Positions 26,644-35,262 of a stretch of DNA of 40,128 nt are shown here, in pieces. Source of the DNA: an uncultured Eubacteriales bacterium (lineage in GTDB: Bacteria; Bacillota; Clostridia; Christensenellales; Borkfalkiaceae). Position 1 is the stretch's first letter; every line of letters starts with the position of its first letter. The notes below the pieces were generated by a model, which saw only the letters and a program-made list of their open reading frames with translations, ran no database searches and was not told where the DNA came from. Location of the stretch: assembly GCA_900554485.1 (NCBI GenBank), contig USHO01000001.1:1-40128 (forward strand). The letters run 5' to 3'. A program made the translations under genes and the position numbers.

Positions 26644-28383
26644 ATGATGAAACTCAATTATAAAAAGACGATATTCGTCGGATTTGCGTTTTTTCTGATA
26701 TGCGCATTCTGGCAGGCGTACGACAGTATCGTGCCGATGATGCTGGTCAATAAATTCGGACTTAATCAGACGCTTTCCGGCGTAATAATGTCGCTCGATA
26801 ATATAATAGCGTTATTTATGTTACCGCTTTTCGGTGCGTTATCGGATAAAACAAAAACCAGATTCGGCAGAAGGACTCCTTACATAGTACTCGGGACGAT
26901 TGTGGCTGCATGTTCTTTCTTCTGTCTGACGTTTGCGGATAACGCACAACTCGCAAAATTGAACGTTAAAGACGGCGGAGAATTTTACGAACAACTTTTC
27001 GATGAAAATTATGAAATAACGAATGCCGAATACAGCGCGTTTACAAATAAATCGGCGTCGGAAAAGTATGAAATACAAGATTATGCCTCGAAGATAGTTT
27101 TCGGCAAAAATTATTCGGATCTCTCCGAAACCGAAAAAAACGAAGTGAAAAACTGGTATAAAAACATCAACGCCGAATATCTTGACGACCATAATATGCC
27201 GGAAACGGTTTACGGTTATCGAGACGGCGAATATTTTATGCTGACCGCCGTAAAAGACGGGAAAACCGTCGTATATAAACGGGGAGACGAAACGGTAGAT
27301 AAGTCATATGTTAAAAACGCATATACAAATCTTGTAAATCCCGCGCTTTCCAAACACGCATGGAGACAGACCGTTTCCGATCCCGTGCCGCTTATATTGT
27401 TCGGTTGCTTATTGTTGCTTACGCTTATCGCTATGGCGACGTTCCGTTCGCCTGCCGTCGCGCTTATGCCGGACGTTACCGTAAAACCATTGCGGTCTCA
27501 GGGAAACGCGGTAATAAATCTTATGGGAACTGCCGGCGGTATGCTTGTGCTTGTTCTCGGCATAGTTTTCAAGACGGGTAAAACCTTTAATCAATTGATG
27601 AGTTATACCGGGTTTATCGGTGCGGTATGTTTGCTGATGATAATAGGGTTGTTGGCGTTTGTCTGGAAGGTGAGAGAACCCGCTTGGGTCGAAGACATGC
27701 ATGCCGATACCGTTAAGTACGGGCTTGAAACCGAAGATGAAGAAAAAGCAGACGAGGGCAACAGAAAACTGACAAAGCCCGAGCTCGTAAGCCTTATTTT
27801 GATTCTGGCGTCCGTCGCATTATGGTACATAGGTTACAACGCGGTTACGTCGAAGTATTCGCTTTATGCGACCAATGTTTTACATAAAGACTATAATACA
27901 ACATTATTGATTGCGCAGGGCGCGGCGATTATATCATATGTACCTGTCGGCTTTCTCGCGCAGAAAATAGGCAGAAAGAAGAGTATTTTAATAGGGGTAT
28001 GTATGCTTGCTCTGGCGTTCTTCGGGGCAACATTTATGACCGCAGGCTCTTCTGTTATATTGCTTGACGTCCTGTTTGCTTTGGCGGGAATCGGATGGGC
28101 TACAATTAACGTTAACTCTTTCCCGATGGTTGTCGAACTCGCAAGCGGCGGTAACGTAGGTAAATTTACAGGCTATTATTACACTGCGAGTATGGCTGCG
28201 CAGATCGTTACGCCGATACTCTCGGGCGCGGTAATGGATTTGTTCGGGAGTATGCGTCCGCTGTTTTATTATGCTTTCATATTCGTGGCATTGGCGTTTG
28301 TGACGATGATATTCGTTCGTCACGGAGACAGCAAACCTGCGGCAAAAGACAGTTTTATCGAAAATCTCGACGTAGACGATTAA
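26644..28383 (+). CDS. MFS/GPH-like transporter with large external insert
   Basis: 579 aa. Cytoplasmic loop motif LSDKTKTRFGRRTPY between TM2 and TM3. About 12 TM helices. A hydrophilic insert of about 150 aa follows TM3. ATG 26647 is an equally plausible start. Confidence 0.82.
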   Translation: MMKLNYKKTIFVGFAFFLICAFWQAYDSIVPMMLVNKFGLNQTLSGVIMSLDNIIALFMLPLFGALSDKTKTRFGRRTPYIVLGTIVAACSFFCLTFADNAQLAKLNVKDGGEFYEQLFDENYEITNAEYSAFTNKSASEKYEIQDYASKIVFGKNYSDLSETEKNEVKNWYKNINAEYLDDHNMPETVYGYRDGEYFMLTAVKDGKTVVYKRGDETVDKSYVKNAYTNLVNPALSKHAWRQTVSDPVPLILFGCLLLLTLIAMATFRSPAVALMPDVTVKPLRSQGNAVINLMGTAGGMLVLVLGIVFKTGKTFNQLMSYTGFIGAVCLLMIIGLLAFVWKVREPAWVEDMHADTVKYGLETEDEEKADEGNRKLTKPELVSLILILASVALWYIGYNAVTSKYSLYATNVLHKDYNTTLLIAQGAAIISYVPVGFLAQKIGRKKSILIGVCMLALAFFGATFMTAGSSVILLDVLFALAGIGWATINVNSFPMVVELASGGNVGKFTGYYYTASMAAQIVTPILSGAVMDLFGSMRPLFYYAFIFVALAFVTMIFVRHGDSKPAAKDSFIENLDVDD

Positions 28384-28397
28384 TATTTTAATGTGTC

Positions 28398-29249
28398 ATG
28401 ATAAAACTAACTGATTTTTTAGGAATTGCTGAAAAGGATTTTATTAACTATAAAATACATTTTGCGACCGACCCGATAGACAAGTTGAAACCATATAAAA
28501 AATTTTTAATCGGTGCATTTAAGGAATGGCAAGAACATCAGACGAATAAAAATTTTTCGCGTAAATACGTTATTTCGCTTATTTATTATGATAAGAACAG
28601 ATGGTTATTCGGTGGTGTTTATGAAATTTTATCAAATACCCCTGTTATTGTGTATGAAGAAGATGGTTGGACGGGGTGGAAGTATGAAACAAAACTCATT
28701 GACAGGCAGTTGGATCTTATAGGGAGAGTTTTTGTTTATTATCAAAAATATTTTCGGGCTTCATATCCAAATTTAGAATTGATTTCCGAAGATAATAAAT
28801 ATGTCGCACCACGTGAAGCTTATATTTTATCGATAACAGAAAGAAAGGCTACGATTAATGATTTTTCAGGATTTGACAATGTAAATATTGACTACGAAAC
28901 ATTAAAGGCTATAGTTAACGAACAAATACCGTCATGGAAATCCGCGTTGTCCAATGTTAAAGGTATATATCTTATTGCTGATAAAAAAACCGGAAAACAA
29001 TATGTCGGTAGCGCATATGGTGACGAATGTATATGGCAGAGGTGGTCGAATTATGCCTATGACGGGAACGGAGGCAATACGGAATTAAAAGAACTGTTAC
29101 GGCAAAACGGTGAAAATTATAAGTATAACTTCAAATATTCAATATTAGAAGTTTGTAATATGAATCTTGGCAACGAATATATTATCGGTCGCGAAAGTTA
29201 TTGGAAAGAGGTTTTGCAAACTAGAATTTTTGGTTTGAATAAAAATTAA
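28398..29249 (+). CDS. Stand-alone protein with unrecognised N-terminal domain and C-terminal GIY-YIG nuclease domain
   Basis: 283 aa. C-terminus GIYLIADKKTGKQYVGSA (GIY-10 aa-YVG), R in WQRW, E in RESYWKEVL, N in GLNKN, which is the full GIY-YIG catalytic set. Clearly AT-richer than its neighbours. Confidence 0.8.
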   Translation: MIKLTDFLGIAEKDFINYKIHFATDPIDKLKPYKKFLIGAFKEWQEHQTNKNFSRKYVISLIYYDKNRWLFGGVYEILSNTPVIVYEEDGWTGWKYETKLIDRQLDLIGRVFVYYQKYFRASYPNLELISEDNKYVAPREAYILSITERKATINDFSGFDNVNIDYETLKAIVNEQIPSWKSALSNVKGIYLIADKKTGKQYVGSAYGDECIWQRWSNYAYDGNGGNTELKELLRQNGENYKYNFKYSILEVCNMNLGNEYIIGRESYWKEVLQTRIFGLNKN

Positions 29250-29252
29250 CTA

Positions 29253-29765
29253 TCACATAATATTACATAAAAGACATGCTATCACCGTAGCGATTAAAGA
29301 CGATGTCAACGATATTATTATCGGTTTCATCGTCTTTTTTATTTTAGCCTCGGAATAATATACGGCAGAAACATAAAAAACGGTTTCCGACGATCCGAAT
29401 ACAACCGATGCGCATCTTCCGATGTAGGAATCCGCACCGTATTCGGCAAGTAATTCGCTTAGTACAGACAGACTTCCGCTGCCGGAAAACGGTTTTATCA
29501 GTACAAGCGGCGTTATTTCTTCAGGTATACCGATCAGCTTGAAAACGGGCGATAAATTTTGCGAAAGCTTATCCGATAAACCGCTTGCAGAAAACAATTC
29601 CGTCATCATGATAACCGTGGCTATGTACGGGAATACGGTATAAACTGTTTTTAATGCTTTTTTGACTCCGAGACAAAAAGCATCATATACTTTCACTTTT
29701 TTAATGGATGAGTAGACGAAAAGCGCAATAAAAATCGCAGGTATAATTAAAGAAACTAATTTCAT
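29253..29765 (-). CDS. spmB: Spore maturation protein B
   Basis: 170-aa polytopic membrane protein of the nucleoside-recognition/Gate type, coupled (ATGA) to the preceding SpmA-like gene. Confidence 0.72.
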   Translation of the reverse strand: MKLVSLIIPAIFIALFVYSSIKKVKVYDAFCLGVKKALKTVYTVFPYIATVIMMTELFSASGLSDKLSQNLSPVFKLIGIPEEITPLVLIKPFSGSGSLSVLSELLAEYGADSYIGRCASVVFGSSETVFYVSAVYYSEAKIKKTMKPIIISLTSSLIATVIACLLCNIM

Positions 29766-30319
29766 ATTTTCTTTTTACATATTTGTGTCAATTTCAGTAT
29801 GGTTACGCCTATAATCGAAGAAATTGCGGTTGAAATCAGTGTGGGAAGAAAAATATCGGCGGGCGCCGTGCTGCCGTAAGATTGTCTTAAGGATATAGCG
29901 GTTGTGGGTAATAATTGTATACTTGTTGCGGCGAGTACGAACAATGTCGCCGCGCCGTCCGGATTACCGCTGTCCGACATAATTGCGGTTGCTTTTATTG
30001 CGGGCGGGGTTGCGATTCCGCCCATACCCAGCATATTTGCGCTTATGTTCAACGCTATAAGACTTTCGGTATCCTTGTCGGTTTTACCGAATAACAATCG
30101 TATAAGCGGATGCAATAATCCGGCGATTTTATCTGTGATTTTTGCTTGAGATGCGACTTCCGTCGCACCGGACCATATGGCATAGACCGTAACGAGAGAC
30201 AGCGAAAGCGCGACGGATTTATTTGCTCCGGTTGTAAGCGAAGATAATACGGCGTTCGGGTTTGTTATCGCTAAAACGCTGCAAGAAAGTATAAAAATCG
30301 CTATGAAGAGTATATTCAT
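29762..30319 (-). CDS. spmA: Spore maturation protein A
   Basis: 185-aa polytopic membrane protein. The SpmA-like pairing with spmB is typical of spore formers. Confidence 0.72.
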   Translation of the reverse strand: MNILFIAIFILSCSVLAITNPNAVLSSLTTGANKSVALSLSLVTVYAIWSGATEVASQAKITDKIAGLLHPLIRLLFGKTDKDTESLIALNISANMLGMGGIATPPAIKATAIMSDSGNPDGAATLFVLAATSIQLLPTTAISLRQSYGSTAPADIFLPTLISTAISSIIGVTILKLTQICKKKI

Positions 30320-30322
30320 AAT

Positions 30323-30349
30323 AGAACTTTATGTATAAAGTTCTTTTTT
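30323..30349. promoter_or_regulatory. Perfect 10-bp palindrome plus T-run abutting the spmA start codon
   Basis: AGAACTTTAT-GT-ATAAAGTTCT (30323-30344) followed by TTTTT on the plus strand. It lies 3 nt upstream of the spmA ATG on the minus strand. Confidence 0.3.
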
Positions 30350-30453
30350 AATGCGTCGTTACGTTTTACTTTTGGCGGTGAATATAGTATAATTATTTTG
30401 AATTATATTACTTTCCGTTTTCGGATTTTCCGTAGACGGATGCGGAGAATTTT

Positions 30454-32382
30454 ATGCAGAAAAAATTTTACGTTACGACGGCCATCGCGTATACATCCTC
30501 GAAACCTCATATAGGCAATACATACGAGGCTATAATGACCGATGCTCTCGCGCGTTTCAAGCGTTGTCAGGGATATGACGTGTTTTTTCAGACCGGAACC
30601 GATGAACACGGTCAGAAAATAGAAGACAAAGCGAGACTCGCCGGAAAGACGCCTAAGGAGTATGTTGACGAAATCGCCGGGGAGATAAAAAGAGGCATCG
30701 ACCTGATGAATGTTTCTTATGACAAATTCGTCCGTACGACCGATGAATATCACGAAAAACAGATTCAGAAAATTTTCAGAAAATTTTACGAACAGGGCGA
30801 TATATATAAGGGAGCATACGAAGGGTGGTACTGTAAACCTTGCGAGTCGTTCTGGACGGAAAGTCAGTTGGTCGACGGGAAATGTCCCGATTGCGGTCGT
30901 CCCGTGGAAAAGGCGCACGAAGAGGCTTACTTTTTCAAAATGAGCAAATATGCGCCCAAACTTATCGACTATATAAATTCGCATCCCGATTTTATCGCAC
31001 CCGTATCCAGAAAGAACGAGATGATGAATAACTTCCTGCTTCCCGGGTTGCAGGATTTGTGTGTATCGCGAACGTCGTTTAAGTGGGGTGTTCCCGTTGA
31101 TTTCGACGACAAACATGTAGTTTATGTATGGCTCGATGCCCTTGCAAACTATATTACAGGGCTCGGTTACGATGCGGACGGAAACAGCAGCGAAAACTTC
31201 AGAAAATACTGGCCGGCAGATCTTCATCTGATCGGAAAAGATATCATCCGTTTCCACACGATTTACTGGCCGATATTCCTTATGGCTTTGGGCGAACCTT
31301 TGCCGAAGAGAATTTACGGGCACCCGTGGCTTTTGCAGGACGGAGATAAAATGTCGAAATCAAAGGGTAACGTATTGTATGCCGATGATCTTGCATCCGT
31401 ATTCGGTGTAGACTCCGTCAGATATTATGTGTCGTCAAGCGTGCCGTTCGATAACGACGGACTTATATCCTGGACGATGATAAACGATAAAGTAAACGCC
31501 GAACTTGCCAACGTATACGGGAATCTCGTAAAAAGAACAATAGCGATGAGCGATAAATATTTCGGAGGAGTTGTCGAGCGGAGCGGGGTTAAGGAGTCCG
31601 TCGACGACGAACTTATAGATGCCGCGACCTCTGTTTACGGTAAAGTCTCCGGATTTATGGATGAAGAAAGACTTGCCGATGCCATAGATACCGTATTCTC
31701 GCTGTTGCGCAGAGCGAATAAATATATAGACGAAACGGCTCCGTGGGTGCTTGCAAAATCGGAGGAGACTTTGCCGAGACTTAAAGAGGTTCTGTACAAT
31801 CTGACTGAAGTTATAGTCATAGCGACATCTTTACTCGAACCGATTATGCCCGACAGTTGCGCCAAGATATTAAAACAACTTGATTCGCCTTTCCGCGATT
31901 ATTCCGATATGGGTAAATTCGGACTTTATAAAGACGGAACCAAGGTTACGGATAATCCCGAAATACTTTTCGTAAGAAGAGAAACCGCCGACGTACTGAA
32001 AGCGGCGGAAGAGATAAAATCGAAGTATTCCGTACCTGAGAAAAAATGCGAAGAAAAACCGGAAATCACGATTGAAGATTTTGCGAAAATATCGCTTAAA
32101 ACCGCCTCGGTGATTGCGTGCGAAAAGATAGAAAAATCAAAGAAGTTGCTTAAACTTACACTGAAAGTCGGCGACGAGACAAGAACCGTGGCAAGCGGTA
32201 TCGCCGAATATTATACGCCGGAAGAACTTGTCGGAAAGAAAGTCGTATTGGTTGCGAATCTGAAACCCGCAAAACTTTGCGGTGTCGAAAGTCGCTGTAT
32301 GGTACTTTGCGCCGAGACCGACGGTAAAGTAAGATTAGTAACGCCCGAAGACGGTATTCCCGACGGGGCTACGGTAAGATGA
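30454..32382 (+). CDS. metG: Methionyl-tRNA synthetase with C-terminal tRNA-binding (EMAP-like) domain
   Basis: HIGH motif KPHIGNTYE, KMSKS motif DKMSKSKGN, zinc knuckles CKPCESFW...CPDCGRP. C-terminal LKLTLKVGDETRTVASGIAEYY..LKPAKLCGVES. Confidence 0.95.
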   Translation: MQKKFYVTTAIAYTSSKPHIGNTYEAIMTDALARFKRCQGYDVFFQTGTDEHGQKIEDKARLAGKTPKEYVDEIAGEIKRGIDLMNVSYDKFVRTTDEYHEKQIQKIFRKFYEQGDIYKGAYEGWYCKPCESFWTESQLVDGKCPDCGRPVEKAHEEAYFFKMSKYAPKLIDYINSHPDFIAPVSRKNEMMNNFLLPGLQDLCVSRTSFKWGVPVDFDDKHVVYVWLDALANYITGLGYDADGNSSENFRKYWPADLHLIGKDIIRFHTIYWPIFLMALGEPLPKRIYGHPWLLQDGDKMSKSKGNVLYADDLASVFGVDSVRYYVSSSVPFDNDGLISWTMINDKVNAELANVYGNLVKRTIAMSDKYFGGVVERSGVKESVDDELIDAATSVYGKVSGFMDEERLADAIDTVFSLLRRANKYIDETAPWVLAKSEETLPRLKEVLYNLTEVIVIATSLLEPIMPDSCAKILKQLDSPFRDYSDMGKFGLYKDGTKVTDNPEILFVRRETADVLKAAEEIKSKYSVPEKKCEEKPEITIEDFAKISLKTASVIACEKIEKSKKLLKLTLKVGDETRTVASGIAEYYTPEELVGKKVVLVANLKPAKLCGVESRCMVLCAETDGKVRLVTPEDGIPDGATVR

Positions 32383-33146
32383 AACTTGTTGACGTACACG
32401 CTCATCTTTGCGATGCCAAATTCGACGGTAAAACCGATGAAACCGTAAACGCGTTTTTATCTGCCGGTGTCGATCTCGTAATAAATTCGGGGTTTGATAT
32501 TGCGTCTTCGGTAAAGGCGGCGGAACAGTCGGCAAGATATAAAAACGTATATTTTTCTGCGGGCGTTCATCCCGACGACGCGTCTACGTTCGATAAAAAA
32601 ACCGAAGATATTTTATATAAACTTGCCGAAAGCGATAAATGCGTTGCGATAGGCGAAATAGGTTATGACTTTTATTGGAATAAATCATCCGAGGAAGAAC
32701 AGACTAAAGCGTTTGAACGTCAGGTTGAAATCGCATATACGGTCAATAAACCTTTCGTCGTACATTCCCGCGAGGCGCATAAAAAAACGGTTGACTTTCT
32801 TAAAGACAGGAAATCTCTGTTGAAAAACGGTTTTTTATTGCATTGTTATGCCGGTAGTGCGGAAAGTGTGCGTGAAATAGTCGATCTCGGCGGATATTTT
32901 TCTCTCGGCGGAGTCGTTACGTTCAAAAACGCTAAAAAAGATGATGTTATAAGGGCGATTCCGTCGGACAGGTTGCTTACCGAAACCGATTGTCCGTATT
33001 TAGCCCCGGAACCGTTGAGAGGAAGTGTAAACACCCCTGCAAATATTATATATATACTTGAAAAAATTGCCGCGGTCAGGGGTGAAAAAGCAGAAACTAC
33101 GGCAGAGTTTATACGAAGAAATGCTGAAAGATTGTTCGGAGTTTGA
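32379..33146 (+). CDS. TatD-family metal-dependent hydrolase (YabD-like)
   Basis: MKLVDVHAHL..., IGEIGYDFYW, VVHSREAH, TETDCPYLAP. ATGA overlap with metG. Confidence 0.9.
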   Translation: MKLVDVHAHLCDAKFDGKTDETVNAFLSAGVDLVINSGFDIASSVKAAEQSARYKNVYFSAGVHPDDASTFDKKTEDILYKLAESDKCVAIGEIGYDFYWNKSSEEEQTKAFERQVEIAYTVNKPFVVHSREAHKKTVDFLKDRKSLLKNGFLLHCYAGSAESVREIVDLGGYFSLGGVVTFKNAKKDDVIRAIPSDRLLTETDCPYLAPEPLRGSVNTPANIIYILEKIAAVRGEKAETTAEFIRRNAERLFGV

Positions 33147-33148
33147 TT

Positions 33149-33736
33149 ATGGACGTTTTAGTTTACGAATTGGACGGAAATCTTTATATTAATTTAACTA
33201 ATCGTTGCAGTAACGACTGTCGTTTTTGCGTGCGAAGTGTCAATCCCGATTATTACGGAAACGATTTATGGTTGTCGAAAGAACCGACTGCCGAAGAAGT
33301 TATCGCAAAACTACCGGATAAAAATTACAACGAAGTCGTATTCTGCGGGTACGGCGAACCGACGTTCAGAATAGACGAACTCGTCAAAATAGGCAAAGAA
33401 CTGAAAAAACGCGGATATATAGTCAGACTTAACACGAACGGGCAAGGTAATCTTATTAACGGCAGAGATATTACCGAAGAACTTGCCGAAGGCGTCGATA
33501 AGGTCAATGTCAGTCTTAATGCGGGCAGCAGAGAAACCTATTATGATTTATGCCGTCCCGTTTTCGGCGAAGACGCATACGATGCGCTGATAGATTTTGC
33601 GAAAGAATGCAAAAGACGCGGTATGGCGACGAATTTTTCTATTGTCGACTGTATGGATGCAGACGAGATCGAACTCTGTAAAAAAACGGCGGAAAATGCC
33701 GGAATACCTTTAAGAATCCGCAGTTTTATTAAATGA
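33149..33736 (+). CDS. Radical SAM protein, TatD-associated family
   Basis: CX3CX2C cluster motif NLTNRCSNDCRFCVR near the N-terminus. About 195 aa. Sits immediately after tatD. ATG 33149 lies 8 nt after GGAG. The ORF-track TTG at 33143 overlaps the tatD stop. Confidence 0.75.
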   Translation: MDVLVYELDGNLYINLTNRCSNDCRFCVRSVNPDYYGNDLWLSKEPTAEEVIAKLPDKNYNEVVFCGYGEPTFRIDELVKIGKELKKRGYIVRLNTNGQGNLINGRDITEELAEGVDKVNVSLNAGSRETYYDLCRPVFGEDAYDALIDFAKECKRRGMATNFSIVDCMDADEIELCKKTAENAGIPLRIRSFIK

Positions 33737-34554
33737 TGCAGGTTAAAGATGTTTTGCGGAATAACGGATTCCGCTTTGAAAAGAAATACGGACAGAATTT
33801 TCTTACCGATGAAAAATTATTGGAATCGCTTGTCGAAATGACTGGAGTCGGTAAAGACGATACCGTTGTCGAAATAGGTGTCGGCGCGGGTACGCTGACA
33901 TCCGCGCTTGCCCGAAATGTAAAAAAAGTTATCGGGTTCGAGATCGATCGGAAATTACAGCCCGTTTTGGCGGAAACGCTTAACGGTAAAACGAACGTAG
34001 ATATAATATATAAAGACGTTATGAAGACGCCGACAGCCGAGATCGAAAACATCGTCGGCGGACGATTTTCCGTGGTTGCCAACCTTCCTTACTATATTAC
34101 CACTCCGATTCTGATGAAATTTCTGGAAGAGAGCGATAAAGTAGATATTATCGCCGTTACCGTTCAGGAAGAAGTTGCAGATCGTATGTGCGCGAAAGCC
34201 GGCTCGGCAGATTACGGTGCGTTGACTTTGGCGATCGACGTCGTTGGCGATGCCGAAAAAGTGATGCGAATTCCACGGGATATGTTTTATCCTGTGCCGA
34301 ATGTGGATTCTGCGGTCGTCATTATAAAATTAAACAGAAATAAGTATGACGGCGTGAATTTGACTGCGTTTCGTGACGTCGTCAGAAGTGCTTTTTCGTC
34401 AAGGAGAAAAACACTTGTCAATAATCTGATGCAATCTTTCGGTATTCCGAGGGCGAAAGCCGAAGAGATCGTAAGTAAAGTGAAGGGTGACACGATGGTT
34501 CGCGGAGAAACTTTGACGACGGACGAATTCGTTGCTCTTTCAAAACTCGTTTAA
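33733..34554 (+). CDS. rsmA: 16S rRNA (adenine1518/1519-N6)-dimethyltransferase
   Basis: KKYGQNFL signature, SAM-binding VVEIGVGAGTLT, NLPYYITTPI. Confidence 0.93.
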   Translation: MMQVKDVLRNNGFRFEKKYGQNFLTDEKLLESLVEMTGVGKDDTVVEIGVGAGTLTSALARNVKKVIGFEIDRKLQPVLAETLNGKTNVDIIYKDVMKTPTAEIENIVGGRFSVVANLPYYITTPILMKFLEESDKVDIIAVTVQEEVADRMCAKAGSADYGALTLAIDVVGDAEKVMRIPRDMFYPVPNVDSAVVIIKLNRNKYDGVNLTAFRDVVRSAFSSRRKTLVNNLMQSFGIPRAKAEEIVSKVKGDTMVRGETLTTDEFVALSKLV

Positions 34555-34610
34555 CATTATATCGGTAAAGCGGCATATATTATATCGAGAGCGTTTTAAG
34601 GAGGTCATAT

Positions 34611-35249
34611 ATGTCGTTCTTTACCAATAACGCCACGGACAGGGGACCGGGAAGAATAAACGGCAACCCTATGAACGGGCTTTGCGAAAGGGTCGTAATC
34701 CAGGCGCAAAAAGTATTCGACGCGTGCATAAGACAAACGCAGGAGGAAGGCATAACGTTGGCTTTGACGGATTTTAATCCCGCCGATCCCGTTTATCCGC
34801 TTACGTTTTTGAGCGCGAGAAGTACCACTAACAAGGGTACGGTTACAAATATAAAAATAGATCGCCTGCCAGACAGACAACGGTTTGCCAGAGTGCAGGC
34901 AACGGTTACGGTTCCTATGGAAGTCGTGTATACCGATGCGAACGGAGTTCAGGGGACGGCTCAGTCCAGCGTATCTATCGATCAGGATATAATCATGTAC
35001 ATACCCGAGCCGTCGATAATACCGTTTACGGTCGATGCGGTCGTTTCGATTGTCGCGCCGGAGGGCGTTTACGTCGAAGGTCCTACTTTTACGGTTACAT
35101 GCTGTATAACTATGATTATGAAGATAGTTATGCCGGTAGAGTTGCTGGTTCCGACTTACGGTTATGCAACTATACCTCCGTGTCAGGAATATACACAGGA
35201 AGTATGTTCCGGGTTTTTCGATCTGCCGATATATCCCGGGAACGGTTAA
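34611..35249 (+). CDS. Hypothetical Cys-containing protein (212 aa), possibly spore-associated
   Basis: Consensus SD AAGGAGG 7 nt upstream and a very strong terminator downstream. G/N/P-rich N-terminus, CERVVIQAQKVFDAC pair, beta-rich middle, C-terminal CC...C...C. No family recognised with confidence. Confidence 0.6.
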   Translation: MSFFTNNATDRGPGRINGNPMNGLCERVVIQAQKVFDACIRQTQEEGITLALTDFNPADPVYPLTFLSARSTTNKGTVTNIKIDRLPDRQRFARVQATVTVPMEVVYTDANGVQGTAQSSVSIDQDIIMYIPEPSIIPFTVDAVVSIVAPEGVYVEGPTFTVTCCITMIMKIVMPVELLVPTYGYATIPPCQEYTQEVCSGFFDLPIYPGNG

Positions 35250-35262
35250 AACAAGGTTCTAT

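Noticed and set aside
28381-29265. Imperfect inverted repeats flanking the GIY-YIG gene: TAATATT(TTA)ATGTG at 28381-28395 versus the reverse complement of CACATAATATTA at 29254-29265
   Set aside because: Only about 12 matching positions with a 3-nt gap in very AT-rich sequence, and both arms overlap the ends of the neighbouring coding regions. This is too weak to call terminal inverted repeats without statistics or comparison with an empty site.
30403-31323. 306-aa ORF antisense to the 5' half of metG
   Set aside because: The sense frame carries the HIGH and KMSKS motifs. The antisense product has no recognisable features and would start inside the metG leader without an SD.
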